In this document: in pieces, positions 1-10,675 of the stretch
How the letters are laid out: the number at the start of each line of letters is the position of its first letter
Numbering within the stretch: position 1 is the first letter of the stretch
Assembly: GCA_005223125.1 (NCBI GenBank)
Contig: NJBH01000014.1
Coordinates: forward strand, 1 to 64,000
Reading direction: 5' to 3'
Source of the DNA: Promethearchaeota archaeon Loki_b32
GTDB taxonomy: Archaea > Asgardarchaeota > Lokiarchaeia > Sigyniarchaeales > SOKP01
Length of the DNA stretch: 64,000 nucleotides
The notes under the pieces: model-generated
The model's database searches: none
What the model was told of the DNA's origin: nothing
The model's input: the letters and a program-made list of their open reading frames with translations, nothing else
Position numbers and translations under genes: made by a program

Positions 1-1
1 A

Positions 2-145
2 CCTTCGTTCGAAGAATTAGCCCCTCCAGATTTCGACTCACAAATTTCTGCTTCAGAATATGATACAGAATTCGTGTTAGAAGAAGAATCTGAAGCTTTA
101 GGTTCTGTTTTAAAAGATCTTGGATGGAATCAAGAAGAAGAGTAA
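2..145 (+). CDS. 3' end of an unknown protein (partial, acidic C-terminus ...LGSVLKDLGWNQEEE)
   Basis: Frame from position 2 is open to TAA at 143-145; runs off the window start. Confidence 0.6.
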   Translation, partial: PSFEELAPPDFDSQISASEYDTEFVLEEESEALGSVLKDLGWNQEEE

Positions 146-294
146 ATCAAGCTGTCATTTCATATTCCCCCCATTAATTGTATTATTATTCTCTTCTCTT
201 AATTAAAATAAACCTTTAAATAAAGTATCCTCTAATCTATACTAAAAAAAATTTTGTTATAACAAAAATAATAAACTTAATAATGTGAATCTAA

Positions 295-1653
295 ATGAGT
301 GAATTAACTGAAGTACAAAGAGAAAAAACAGATAATCGTAGAAAAATAACTTATGCGATGCCAAGACTTGGCAGTTCCTTAGTACTTGGTATTGAAGGAT
401 TTGCTTTTTTTAATCTCTATTATTCAGGATATGGTGTCTCTGCTATTCTTGTTACCTTAGCTCAGGCTATAGGTTTCGTTGTCATAGGATTATCTCAAGT
501 TTTTATTCCTTGGATTAGTGATACTAAATATACTCGTTGGGGTAGAAGAAAACCATATATAATACTCTTTACTCCACTGTTAGGAATTTCATTTATTTTT
601 CTGTTTTTACCCTCCCTTATGATACCAGATCTTAGTGATAAAATGGCGATTTTTACTTGGTTTTTAATTTGGGATATTATTTTTAAGATAAGTTATTCAA
701 TGACAACTATTTATCAAGCGTGGTTAGCTGAACAATTTGAAGTAAATGAGCGTCCCACTGTTTCTCAATTTCAAAATATTTTTAATTGGATTGGAAATGG
801 GGCGATGGCTATAGTATCGATGATAGTGGCAACAAATTTTGTAAATCTTCTACAAGATGATATAAATAGTGCCATCCCTATTGATTACTTGCTGAGTATA
901 ATCTTGTTTGGCGTGATAGTAATATTGTTATTTCTGTTAGTGGCATTTTTAATGCCAACTGAACCACATTATAAAATTGAAACAAATCCTTGGGAAAATT
1001 TGAAATTAGTTCTGAGAAATAAAAATTATACCTATATTATTCTTATGATTGGAATTTCAAGTTTGGGTTGGTCAATTATAACTGATGTGATGTTGACTTA
1101 TTCTACTGATGTGTTAGATTTAGGAGGGACAGATTTTTACATTATCGCGGCATTTCTAATAATAGGAATTTTAATTTTCTTATATATCTGGAGAAAATTA
1201 ATAGCTAAAACAGGTAAAAAACAAACTCTTCTTTACGTTTTTCTATTTGCTGCTATTTTCCTTCCATTTACATTGATAGGAATGATTCCTATGTCTTCCA
1301 CTTTAATTTTCGGGATTATCTTTACCATAGGAATAGCAGGTATGTTAGGAGGATGGTTTCTTTTTCCCTATATAATTTATGCTGATGTTGCAGAAGATGA
1401 TGAAAAAAAAACTGGTGAACTAAAAGCTGGAACTTACGCTGGCTCTCCTGCAATAATTCTAAACCTCTTTCAAGCATTTGGTGTATTTATTCTCGGTGTA
1501 GCCATTGATCTTTTACCAGATATTGATGTGGGGACTTTAACATTCTCACTAGGCTTAATCGTGTGGGGACCAATATGTTCTGTAATATTAATTATCGCTT
1601 ACTTCTTTACAAGGAAATTTATTAAGTTAGATTTTGAATGGGAGAAGAAATAA
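295..1653 (+). CDS. MFS transporter, GPH/MFS_2 (sugar-cation symporter-like)
   Basis: About 12 hydrophobic segments; ISDTKYTRWGRRKPY motif; YADVAEDDE..TG motif. Confidence 0.85.
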   Translation: MSELTEVQREKTDNRRKITYAMPRLGSSLVLGIEGFAFFNLYYSGYGVSAILVTLAQAIGFVVIGLSQVFIPWISDTKYTRWGRRKPYIILFTPLLGISFIFLFLPSLMIPDLSDKMAIFTWFLIWDIIFKISYSMTTIYQAWLAEQFEVNERPTVSQFQNIFNWIGNGAMAIVSMIVATNFVNLLQDDINSAIPIDYLLSIILFGVIVILLFLLVAFLMPTEPHYKIETNPWENLKLVLRNKNYTYIILMIGISSLGWSIITDVMLTYSTDVLDLGGTDFYIIAAFLIIGILIFLYIWRKLIAKTGKKQTLLYVFLFAAIFLPFTLIGMIPMSSTLIFGIIFTIGIAGMLGGWFLFPYIIYADVAEDDEKKTGELKAGTYAGSPAIILNLFQAFGVFILGVAIDLLPDIDVGTLTFSLGLIVWGPICSVILIIAYFFTRKFIKLDFEWEKK

Positions 1654-1836
1654 CTATAAATAAATTTGTATTTTTTTTTTATTTTTATTTTTATTATATT
1701 CTGGCGATAATCTTAAATATTAAGATACTTCCGCATATTTCATAAACTAGATTTTAATAAAATAAATCTAAAATAAAATGAATTTTACAGATACAAATAT
1801 AGAACAAAATTAATAGATCTTTCATAATCAAATATA

Positions 1837-2883
1837 ATGTCTCTTCAGGAATTAGGAATCTCTCATAAAAAAATCAGAAAACAACTTGTTGTATACATTA
1901 ATTTTCGAGGAGAAATAAAAGATATTCCTTCTAAAATTGATGAATTATACCAAAAATGTAAAAACTATGTTTCTGAACCCGCTATTGCTGTTATAGATTA
2001 TGGAGTTTATAGTGAAAGTGGGCAGGATATTGATGTATGTTTTCCAATATCAAAACCTTTAGAAAAAAAAGATTTTAAAAGCAAACATCTTGAGGAAGTA
2101 GAAGTTTTATCAATAGATCATTACGGTCCATATGCTAAATTAGGAAAAAGAGCTCAAGAATTATTCAATTATTTACACACTTATGGAGTATTAGGAACAA
2201 GTTGGATAAGACTGGTCTTTCATAAACTTAGCTTAAAAAATAAAATAAAAGATGAAATTGAAATTCAAGCAATTTTACATGGATGGGATAATAGGTTAGC
2301 AAAAAACATAAATCGTGTTCTTGGTGAAGATATAAGAAAAGAAGTTATGAAAGACAGGGAAAAGCTTTTTACAATCGAATCCACATTAGACGATAAATTT
2401 CAATGGATTAACATTGTTTTAACTAAATTGGATAAAATTGCAAATAATGACCAAAAATATGATATCCTATCTTGTTGTGCTCATGAATTCTCACAAAAGA
2501 GAATTGGAAAACTGAAATTAATTTATGAAAAAACTGGAGATATTGATGAAGTAATTAGAGAAATGGATAACGATTTTGCCTGGTATGAAGGGCAAAAAAA
2601 GGAAGGAAATACTATCTTTATACAGAAAGTACCTTATAATCAAGAAGGATATAATAAGGCTTCTAATTTAGGGGATAAGAAAAGAAACTACTGTCATTGT
2701 CCCTTAGTGAAACATTATTTAAATGAAAATATTTCTCCTACTTTTTGTAATTGTAGTGCCGGTTGGTACCGTCAATATTGGGAAGGAATTTTAGGAAAAC
2801 CTGTACGAATTAATATATTGAAGTCTCTTGTTAAAGGAGACGACGTTTGTCAGTTTAAAATTATTCTTCCTCAATTTGATTAA
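1837..2883 (+). CDS. GyrI-like ligand-binding domain fused to a Cys-rich DUF6144/V4R-like domain
   Basis: N-terminal DIDVCFPI / HYGPY GyrI-like motifs; C-terminal CCAH, YCHCP, FCNCSAGW, GDDVCQF. Confidence 0.6.
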   Translation: MSLQELGISHKKIRKQLVVYINFRGEIKDIPSKIDELYQKCKNYVSEPAIAVIDYGVYSESGQDIDVCFPISKPLEKKDFKSKHLEEVEVLSIDHYGPYAKLGKRAQELFNYLHTYGVLGTSWIRLVFHKLSLKNKIKDEIEIQAILHGWDNRLAKNINRVLGEDIRKEVMKDREKLFTIESTLDDKFQWINIVLTKLDKIANNDQKYDILSCCAHEFSQKRIGKLKLIYEKTGDIDEVIREMDNDFAWYEGQKKEGNTIFIQKVPYNQEGYNKASNLGDKKRNYCHCPLVKHYLNENISPTFCNCSAGWYRQYWEGILGKPVRINILKSLVKGDDVCQFKIILPQFD

Positions 2884-2958
2884 TCATGCACTAAAGTAAC
2901 TTACTCAATATAAAATAAAAGGAGATAGAAAAAATAAACAATAATCTTTGTTAAAACT

Positions 2959-3192
2959 CTAATATTTTCTGTCCTTTGAGACAATTTTCACATTCAGAGC
3001 TTCAGGACCTTTTCCATCTTTAGATTTTTTTAATTCAAATTCTACCTCATCACCCACATCAAGTTTTTTAAAACCATCTATATTTACATTTGAAAAATGG
3101 ACAAATATATCATCTTGATCTGCAACACTTATGAATCCATATCCTTTTTTAGCATCAAACCATTTAACGAAACCATACTTCTTTTCTAGTAT
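2959..3192 (-). CDS. cspA: Cold-shock domain protein (not in ORF track; no ATG/GTG/TTG start, ATA proposed)
   Basis: Manual translation: (I)LEKKYGFVKWFDAKKGYGFISVADQDDIFVHFSNVNIDGFKKLDVGDEVEFELKKSKDGKGPEALNVKIVSKDRKY*; RNP1 (KGYGFI) and RNP2 (IFVHFS) intact. Confidence 0.9.
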   Translation of the reverse strand: MLEKKYGFVKWFDAKKGYGFISVADQDDIFVHFSNVNIDGFKKLDVGDEVEFELKKSKDGKGPEALNVKIVSKDRKY

Positions 3193-3369
3193 GTGTAATT
3201 CTCTTGTTTGTGATTTTTATTTTAAAAAAAAAGTATAACTCAAATCTTCTTGGGATATTTGTTAACTGTAATATTACATTGAAAAATAAATTTTTATTTT
3301 AAAATTTTTTAAACACTCTTTCTTCTTAGATAAAATCAATAAATAATCGTATACTAAATTTATACAAGT

Positions 3370-4728
3370 ATGATTTTCGATAAAGTTCTAGAAATTTATC
3401 AGAAATACTATATATGCGTTCATTGTCTGGGAAGAATGTTTTCTCTCTTAGGGACAAATACAACAAATTACGAAAGAGGAAATTCTTTATTACTATCTAT
3501 AACAATGGAAAATCATAGAAATTTTTTTAAAGGGGATGATTCATTACAAAAAGAAGCAATCAATAATTTGAATCTGTTAGCTGAAAATGCTATTTATTAT
3601 CCTGCTCAAAAAGTCTTAACTAATGAAGGGTTAGATTTTGTAAAGAATGATTCAAATCAAGTTTGTTACCTATGTCATAATATATTTAATGATATTCAAA
3701 AATATGTTAAAAAAGCAGAACAAATCCTTGAGGGTTTTGAATTCAATACATTTTTGATTGGGTCAAGCCCAGAATCTCAAATTATTAATCGGGAAGATAA
3801 ATTTAAGTCAGAATTTAATCTTTTAGAAGCAGAATCTTTTAAGAGCCATTTTAATCGAGTATTAGGGAAGGTTTTAATGAAATCTATAAAAAAACTTCCT
3901 GAATTTAACATCCCTGATGTTTTAATTATATATTCTTTAAGTTTTGAAACATTTAACATTGAATTAGTGTTGAAATCCTTATTTATATTTGGGCGATATA
4001 ATAAATTGATAAGAGGAATCCCCCAAACACATTGGTTTTGCAGGAAATGTATGGGAAAGGGTTGTGAATTATGTGATAATACTGGAAAACAGTATTTAAT
4101 AAGTGTTGAAGATCTAATTTCTCCAGAGTTCCTTAAAGAATCAAAAGCAAAAGATTCAAAATTCCATGGAGCTGGAAGAGAAGATATTGATGTGAGAATG
4201 TTAGGATCAGGGAGACCTTTCATCATTGAATTAAGAAATCCTAAAATTAGAAATCTAGATTTGGAAAAAATAGAAAGAGATATTAATAAAAGTAATAGAA
4301 AAAAAATAAGAGTACAAAATTTAAGATACAGTAGTAAGAAAGAAGTAATTAGACTAAAAACTAACGCGAAAGATACAAAAAAAGTCTATAAAGCAATTGT
4401 GAAATCTAAAGATAAAATAAGTAAAAAATCATTTAAACAAAAATTTTTAAAATTGAAAAATAAATTTGAAAATCAAGAAATTTTCCAAAGAACTCCAAAT
4501 AGAGTTTCTCATCGTCGAGCTGATAAAATACGAAAGAAAATCATTTATGAGATTACTGGAAAGTTTATTAAAACTGATATATTTGAATTTAGAATAATAA
4601 CTCAAGGGGGAACTTACATAAAAGAACTTATAAGTGGGGATGAAGGACGTACTTCTCCTTCCTTTTCAGAGATTTTTGAAACTCCTTTAGTTTGTAAAGA
4701 GTTGGATGTGTTAGAAATATCACTTTAA
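3370..4728 (+). CDS. pus10: tRNA pseudouridine(54/55) synthase Pus10
   Basis: N-terminal CxxC; GRYNKLIRGIPQT; FHGAGREDIDVRMLGSGRPF; GGTYIKELISGDEGRT. Confidence 0.95.
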   Translation: MIFDKVLEIYQKYYICVHCLGRMFSLLGTNTTNYERGNSLLLSITMENHRNFFKGDDSLQKEAINNLNLLAENAIYYPAQKVLTNEGLDFVKNDSNQVCYLCHNIFNDIQKYVKKAEQILEGFEFNTFLIGSSPESQIINREDKFKSEFNLLEAESFKSHFNRVLGKVLMKSIKKLPEFNIPDVLIIYSLSFETFNIELVLKSLFIFGRYNKLIRGIPQTHWFCRKCMGKGCELCDNTGKQYLISVEDLISPEFLKESKAKDSKFHGAGREDIDVRMLGSGRPFIIELRNPKIRNLDLEKIERDINKSNRKKIRVQNLRYSSKKEVIRLKTNAKDTKKVYKAIVKSKDKISKKSFKQKFLKLKNKFENQEIFQRTPNRVSHRRADKIRKKIIYEITGKFIKTDIFEFRIITQGGTYIKELISGDEGRTSPSFSEIFETPLVCKELDVLEISL

Positions 4729-4836
4729 AATGGTTTTATCCAATAAAATTTGGTTTAAATCATAAAATAAATAAATTATCCTAAATAATTCTACTAAACA
4801 AATTGATTATTTTACTCTTAAAGGTGAAAAAACCTC

Positions 4837-5148
4837 ATGACTAAGCATCATGGATACAGAACGAAAACGCGACATAAACACAGAAGAAATGTTCGTAATA
4901 GAGGTTTAGGTTCTATTGAAAAGTATCTAATAGATTATAATATTAATGATAAAGTAGATATAATTACTGATTCTTCCCAGCATAAACGGGGAATGCCGCA
5001 TAGTCGTTACCACGGCCGTACAGGGACGATTATAGGTCAACGAGGTCGGTGTTATTTAGTTGACGTAAAATTGGGAAATTCTAGAAAAACATTAATAATT
5101 GGTAAAGAACATTTAAGATTAAATTCAATTTCAATTAAAGAAAACTAA
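4837..5148 (+). CDS. rpl21e: 50S ribosomal protein L21e
   Basis: GYRTKTR, GMPHSRYHGRTG; conserved pus10-rpl21e-rpoF-DUF655-ksgA order. Confidence 0.95.
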   Translation: MTKHHGYRTKTRHKHRRNVRNRGLGSIEKYLIDYNINDKVDIITDSSQHKRGMPHSRYHGRTGTIIGQRGRCYLVDVKLGNSRKTLIIGKEHLRLNSISIKEN

Positions 5149-5164
5149 AATTCTCATAAAAAAA

Positions 5165-5530
5165 ATGTCTGGACGGAAAAAAGACGAGAAAACAGTATCA
5201 ATTCCAGAAGTAAAAGAGATAATGGAAAATGTAAAAGATCAAGTGTTAAAAATTGATGCTGAGGAAGGTATGTCTCATTTTCAAGAAATTACATATAATT
5301 ATGTAAATAAATTTGCAAAGTATGATGTAAAAATAGCTAAAAAAGTAAAGAAATTATTAATGGATAAGCATGAGATTGAGGAAATTTATGCTATTAATAT
5401 TATAAACATCGACCCGCAAACAGTTTATGAACTGAGGTTAATACTAGAAAAAAGTTTTACTGGTAAAACTTTAACAGAAGATCAACTACAAGAGATACTT
5501 TATCAAATTGAAGATATAAAAACCTCTTGA
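5165..5530 (+). CDS. rpoF: RNA polymerase subunit F (Rpo4)
   Basis: VSIPEVKEI, YVNKFAK, IINIDPQTVYELRLI; synteny. Confidence 0.9.
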   Translation: MSGRKKDEKTVSIPEVKEIMENVKDQVLKIDAEEGMSHFQEITYNYVNKFAKYDVKIAKKVKKLLMDKHEIEEIYAINIINIDPQTVYELRLILEKSFTGKTLTEDQLQEILYQIEDIKTS

Positions 5531-5698
5531 AGATAATTATCCTTATTATAAAATTTTGAAGGTTTGAAGTAAAATCCGTCAAATTTATAAGGCTATGTTG
5601 TTTTAAATTCTAATGAACAAACCCAACTAATTATGTAGTTCATTAAAAGATTAATTTTGAAATGGTAATCGGAAAAGTAAAAAACAAGTTTAATAGTA

Positions 5699-6343
5699 AT
5701 GATGGAAAGAAGAGAGCGATACAGAGGTCCTCCACGCAGAAGAAGTTATCGAAGTGGTCCGAGGAAGAAAAAACAGTTTATAAAGAAATTTCGGGAAGTT
5801 GCTATCTTAGATCTATTAATACATGGACATCCCGAAGAAGATAAACCTAGTTGGGCTAAAACACCAATAGCACAAGTTCTTACTTTTCCGGATTTTGTTC
5901 TTTATGAAGTTAAGGTAAATAAAAACTCTGACATCGGAGTTCAAGAACAAAAAACATATGAAGAATTCTTAAATGAAGAGAAATTAAAAGAAGTCTTAAA
6001 AAAAATTGATTATAACGATTTAACTAGCACTTCAAAAGCCCTAATTCAACCAATTCTCGAAAAAGAAGTTTTGAAGTATGAAGAAGAATTTATCAATTTC
6101 TTCAATAACTCTACTTCGATAACTCCTAGAATGCATGCTTTGAAATTGTTACCTGGAGTTGGACAAAAACATATGTGGGAAATTCTTGAAGCAAGACAGA
6201 GGCAAAAATTCGGAACATTTCAAGATATATCTGATAGAACTAGTATTTCTAATCCTACTAAATTAATTGCACAAAGGATTATTAAAGAACTTCAAAGAGA
6301 TGTAAAATACTACCTTTTTAGCAAGACTCGAAAATACGAATGA
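5699..6343 (+). CDS. DUF655 family putative RNA-binding protein (HhH), Arg-rich N-terminus
   Basis: FINFFN..SITPRMHALKLLPGVGQKHMWEIL; synteny. Confidence 0.9.
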   Translation: MMERRERYRGPPRRRSYRSGPRKKKQFIKKFREVAILDLLIHGHPEEDKPSWAKTPIAQVLTFPDFVLYEVKVNKNSDIGVQEQKTYEEFLNEEKLKEVLKKIDYNDLTSTSKALIQPILEKEVLKYEEEFINFFNNSTSITPRMHALKLLPGVGQKHMWEILEARQRQKFGTFQDISDRTSISNPTKLIAQRIIKELQRDVKYYLFSKTRKYE

Positions 6344-7185
6344 GCCTCATGAATAAAAATGAAGTACTACTCCTCTTAAAACAGCTGAAAGTAAACCCAA
6401 ATAAAAAGTTAGGTCAGAATTTCTTAACTGATAAAAATATAGTAAAAAAAATTATCTCAATTTCGGAAATCTCTAAAGATGATATTCTCCTTGAAATTGG
6501 ACCTGGTTTAGGAGCTTTAACAGAAGAATTGGCAACTAAAGTTAAAAAAATCTACGCAATTGAAATAGATCCTCGTCTTTATTCATATTTAAATCAGAAA
6601 TTCTCCATTTATAACAATCTTGAGATAATCCATGGAAATGTACTAGAATTAGAAATTCCCTTTCATAATAAAGTAATCTCGAACATTCCATATTCTATAA
6701 CAGGACCAATATTTGAAAAGATCTTCTTTAAAAAACAAGCCCCAATAGGCGTGTTAATTATAGAAAAAAGCATCGCTGATCGAATCTTTTTATCTTCCGA
6801 TTATAAAAATATCTCTAGGATTAGTATTGGCGTTAATACATTTATGAACCCCGTTTCTAAGTCAAATATTTCAAGAAACAGTTTTTATCCTATTCCAAAA
6901 ATTGCATTATCACTAATAAAAATTTTTCCTAAGGAAAACCTTCATCCATTTTTATTGGAAAAAGGTTCAATAGATTTTTTCTTAAAATTCATTGCTGGAA
7001 TAATGCCATATAAAAACAAAAATATCGCAAATGCTTTAAATCTTTATTTCCAAACTTTAAACAATATTCAATACACAAAAGAAGAAATTCTTACGATTTT
7101 ACATAAGATTGATTATAAGAATAATAAATTATTTAGTTTTAAAATTGAAGAATTTATTGAAATCAGTAAATTGTTTTTTTCTTGA
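6340..7185 (+). CDS. ksgA: 16S rRNA adenine dimethyltransferase KsgA/Dim1
   Basis: KKLGQNFL, LEIGPGLGALT, ISNIPYSIT. Confidence 0.95.
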   Translation: MSLMNKNEVLLLLKQLKVNPNKKLGQNFLTDKNIVKKIISISEISKDDILLEIGPGLGALTEELATKVKKIYAIEIDPRLYSYLNQKFSIYNNLEIIHGNVLELEIPFHNKVISNIPYSITGPIFEKIFFKKQAPIGVLIIEKSIADRIFLSSDYKNISRISIGVNTFMNPVSKSNISRNSFYPIPKIALSLIKIFPKENLHPFLLEKGSIDFFLKFIAGIMPYKNKNIANALNLYFQTLNNIQYTKEEILTILHKIDYKNNKLFSFKIEEFIEISKLFFS

Positions 7186-7202
7186 AAATGAATTAATAGA
7201 AA

Positions 7203-7898
7203 GTGATAATTATTCCTTTGTTACCAGATCCTATTATTGAATGTGATTTTGAAAGTGTCTATGCTCCTTCTGATGATAGTTATTTATTAATCGACTATTT
7301 TAAAAGTAAAATTGACCATATATATTTTGATGGAATTAAAATAAGTGAAATTAATAATATTTTAGATTTAGGTACCGGAACAGGGATAATTGCTATATTT
7401 TTCCAATTAATCAAAATTGAGAATCCGAACTTTAATCCAAAGATATATGCTTCTGATATTTTAGAAGATGCAATAAAATGTGCTAAGCTAAACGAGAAAA
7501 GGAATAATATTGATAATCAAATACAAATATTTCATTCAGATTTGTTTAATTCCTTTCCAGAAAATCTAAAACACTCATTTAATATAATTGTATTTAATCC
7601 TCCATACTTACCATCTTCGAAATTCATTGAACAAAATATTAACAAACAGAACATTGATTATAGCTGGGATGGAGGGTTAAAAGGGTATGAAATTATAGTT
7701 AAATTCCTTTCCGCAGCTAAAACCTTTCTAAATTTAAAGAAAGAACATTTTATCTATTGTATTACTTCCAGTAGAACTGACTTAATAGAGTTAAATAGAA
7801 TAATTATAAATATGGGATACAAAAATAGAATAGTAGAAAAAGAACATATTTTTTTTGAAGATATTGTTTTAAATAGACTCGAGTATAGTAGATATTAA
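7203..7898 (+). CDS. HemK2/Mtq2-family (release factor glutamine) methyltransferase
   Basis: VYAPSDDSYLL, LDLGTGTG, FNPPY, WDGG. Confidence 0.85.
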   Translation: MIIIPLLPDPIIECDFESVYAPSDDSYLLIDYFKSKIDHIYFDGIKISEINNILDLGTGTGIIAIFFQLIKIENPNFNPKIYASDILEDAIKCAKLNEKRNNIDNQIQIFHSDLFNSFPENLKHSFNIIVFNPPYLPSSKFIEQNINKQNIDYSWDGGLKGYEIIVKFLSAAKTFLNLKKEHFIYCITSSRTDLIELNRIIINMGYKNRIVEKEHIFFEDIVLNRLEYSRY

Positions 7899-9199
7899 AA
7901 CGGTCTTCTGTTTCTTCTTTTTTCTAATAAATAAATTCCGTGCATATTTATTGTTCTAGTCAAATTATTAAGTAATAAATCAACTTCTTTTGGTTTAAAG
8001 ACAGCCCTCCTATGTGCTTCAATTTGAGGGATTGGTAAACCATAGCGTTCATTTAAACTTGAAATTGGTAGTAAGATGGAAGTAATTAAATCCGCTTTCT
8101 CTGAAGCTTTATTGAAAGAATGCTTTTCTTCCATAAAGAATTCTATTCTACAAGGAGTATCATATTGAGCAGTTTTTAAATAAAACGCATAAAATGAAAG
8201 AGGAAAATAATAAGGAATTTCTTTTTTTATCCCAGTATCTCTAATTTTATCAATTTCTCTCTTACAGTTAAATATACAGGTTCTTTCGAACTTCTTCAAT
8301 ACTCGATTAAATAAATCAATATCTGAGAAAAACTCAATTACATTTCGATAATTTACGTTAATAAAATCAGTTAAATGTGAATAACTTGGTTTTAATAGTT
8401 GTATGGATTCTTTTAAAAGGTGTGAAAGCGCAGAAGTTCTCGTATCTTTTATTGAACCAATTAATAAGATTCCATTTTCCTTGCAATTCAGGTATAACTT
8501 ATGGTATTCTTTCAAAAGGTTATCGTACTTTCTCGATATATCAGGATCTTTGGAAAATAATAAATTTATTGGCATAATAACTATTGAACCATCGATAATG
8601 ATCATATCAATTCCAGAAGATTTTCTTATTAACCGATTCAAAAGATTAATTTCCATGAAAGTCATATCAATAGAGGTTTTTGTATCAACAGCAGTTTCAT
8701 CTCGATTAAAAAAGTTCCCTTGTACATAATAATTATTAAACCCGCTAAGATCAGGATAATAAACAATATTTGCAGCATGATTTTTTTGAAAATAATATTT
8801 TACAGCAATGGCTTTTAAAAATGAAAAATCTACATTCATAAATTTCTTAGTTACTGAACTTCCATCAACACTGACAATATTTAATCCCCTAATATTAGCG
8901 GAGGATACATTTTTTTTCAAAAATGCTTCTTTAATATAAAATCTAGGAAAATCTATGAATTTTGTAAAATCTAAATTATCAAGATTTTTTAAAATAACAT
9001 CTACAAAAGATTTTTTTACTTTTTCAATTTCTAAGTATTCTTTTGCAAGAGTTTTAAGATCTTTCAATAGAAGCTGTTCTTTTGTTAATCCAGGATTGCT
9101 AATGATTGTGGTATTCTGAGGGATAATCTTAGAATTCCGTTCTTCTGATTCGATATATTTATCCCTAATGGTCATTAAAGTACAAATATTAGAATTCAT
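7895..9199 (-). CDS. nurA: NurA-family nuclease
   Basis: VSVDGS, IIIDGS, GSIKD, YGLPIPQIEAHRRA motifs. Confidence 0.8.
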   Translation of the reverse strand: MNSNICTLMTIRDKYIESEERNSKIIPQNTTIISNPGLTKEQLLLKDLKTLAKEYLEIEKVKKSFVDVILKNLDNLDFTKFIDFPRFYIKEAFLKKNVSSANIRGLNIVSVDGSSVTKKFMNVDFSFLKAIAVKYYFQKNHAANIVYYPDLSGFNNYYVQGNFFNRDETAVDTKTSIDMTFMEINLLNRLIRKSSGIDMIIIDGSIVIMPINLLFSKDPDISRKYDNLLKEYHKLYLNCKENGILLIGSIKDTRTSALSHLLKESIQLLKPSYSHLTDFINVNYRNVIEFFSDIDLFNRVLKKFERTCIFNCKREIDKIRDTGIKKEIPYYFPLSFYAFYLKTAQYDTPCRIEFFMEEKHSFNKASEKADLITSILLPISSLNERYGLPIPQIEAHRRAVFKPKEVDLLLNNLTRTINMHGIYLLEKRRNRRPF

Positions 9200-9267
9200 A
9201 ATAATAATAATGAGATATTCAATTTTTTGATTTATAAGGATTAATCAACAATAACACTATAAGAAAA

Positions 9268-9909
9268 ATGGCTATAAAATTAGGAGAAAATTCATGGATT
9301 TTAATAGGACTAATTTTTTTTGAAATATTGTTTATTATCGTACCTGCCTTGATATCCAGTAAGTTGGAAAAGATGACTTTTACAGATGTAATCAAAGATA
9401 TGGGATTTCAAAGGAATAAGAATCTATTCATCAAAGTAACATCTGGAATAAGTTTTGGTATTTTATTCTTCTTTTTTGGCAATTATATTATTATATTTTT
9501 TAGAGATATTATTATTAGAAATTTGTTGGGTTATAAATTCGTTCAATATGGACAAGAAGGAGTTATTAGTACAGAACCAATTCAACCTAATCTTTTTCAA
9601 CTGATAATCTTTATAATCTTAATTCTAATTATTATTGGACCTTGTGAAGAAGCATTTTTTAGAGGATTTCTTATAAAAAAATTCCAGAAAAAATTGAAAT
9701 TGGCATATTCGGTTATTATCTCAAGTATTTGCTTTACTTTTTATCATGTACCTCCATTTATAGTACCAATAGCTACTATTGTAACATTTTTTGGCTATTA
9801 TTTTACATTTGGACTAATCTTATCTTTCATATTTATCTATTTCGATTATTCTTTAATCCCTTGCTCAATTGCTCATTCTTGCTTTAACATTCTTATCTTA
9901 TTAATATAA
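9268..9909 (+). CDS. CPBP (Abi/type II CAAX) intramembrane metalloprotease
   Basis: EEAFFRG, FTFYH, IAHSCFN motifs. Confidence 0.9.
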   Translation: MAIKLGENSWILIGLIFFEILFIIVPALISSKLEKMTFTDVIKDMGFQRNKNLFIKVTSGISFGILFFFFGNYIIIFFRDIIIRNLLGYKFVQYGQEGVISTEPIQPNLFQLIIFIILILIIIGPCEEAFFRGFLIKKFQKKLKLAYSVIISSICFTFYHVPPFIVPIATIVTFFGYYFTFGLILSFIFIYFDYSLIPCSIAHSCFNILILLI

Positions 9910-10059
9910 TTTTCCTTTTTTGAAAATATTAAATATAAAACAGATAAATATTATTTATAATTAAATCGAAATAAATATGTAGGAACAATATTTCATCATA
10001 CCATTTTTAGAAGTAATATTCTGAATTGTTTAAACCAACCACTATGTAGGTTAAGGAAA

Positions 10060-10584
10060 TTGACGGATTACGATTATACATTTAAAATTATGATGCTAGG
10101 CGATGCATCTGTAGGAAAAACATCCCTTACTATGAGATATATCTCTGGATACTTCATGGAAGACCTCAAATTAACTATTGGGGTAGATTTTTATAGTAAA
10201 ACAACCTCCTTCAAGGATAAAAAAGTTAAATTACAAATTTGGGATTTCGGTGGAGAAGAAAGATTTCGTTTTCTACTTTCTCAGTATAGTAAAGGCGCAA
10301 ATGGAGCATTTTTCTTATATGATATTACTAATCAAACATCATTAGATCACTTACCTGATTGGACACAGGTAATAAGAGAACATGCAGGGGATATTCCTAT
10401 AATGTTGATTGGCTCAAAAGTGGATTTGAATGAATTCCGAGCAGTTCTTCGGGATGATGGAATTTTAGCCGCAAAAAAATACAGTCTATCTTCTTTTGTA
10501 GAACTTTCTTCTAAAACAGGAGAAAATGTAGAAAAGGCTTTCAATGTTATGACAGAAGTTCTTTTCGAAAAGTATTCAAGCTAA
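10060..10584 (+). CDS. Rab-like small GTPase (TTG start)
   Basis: GDASVGKT, TIGVDF, WDFGGEERFR, SKVD, ELSSKTGENV; no C-terminal prenylation Cys. Confidence 0.92.
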   Translation: MTDYDYTFKIMMLGDASVGKTSLTMRYISGYFMEDLKLTIGVDFYSKTTSFKDKKVKLQIWDFGGEERFRFLLSQYSKGANGAFFLYDITNQTSLDHLPDWTQVIREHAGDIPIMLIGSKVDLNEFRAVLRDDGILAAKKYSLSSFVELSSKTGENVEKAFNVMTEVLFEKYSS

Positions 10585-10675
10585 TAAATAAATATTATTT
10601 TGGTAATTATCATTTTCCACATTTAAGTAAACTTTAAATGTCCCATCTCACTTATTTTTAAGTACATAATTATAG

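Noticed and set aside
2-145. Acidic Trp-containing C-terminus reminiscent of Arp2/3-activator acidic motifs
   Set aside because: Only 47 residues visible; low-complexity similarity is not evidence
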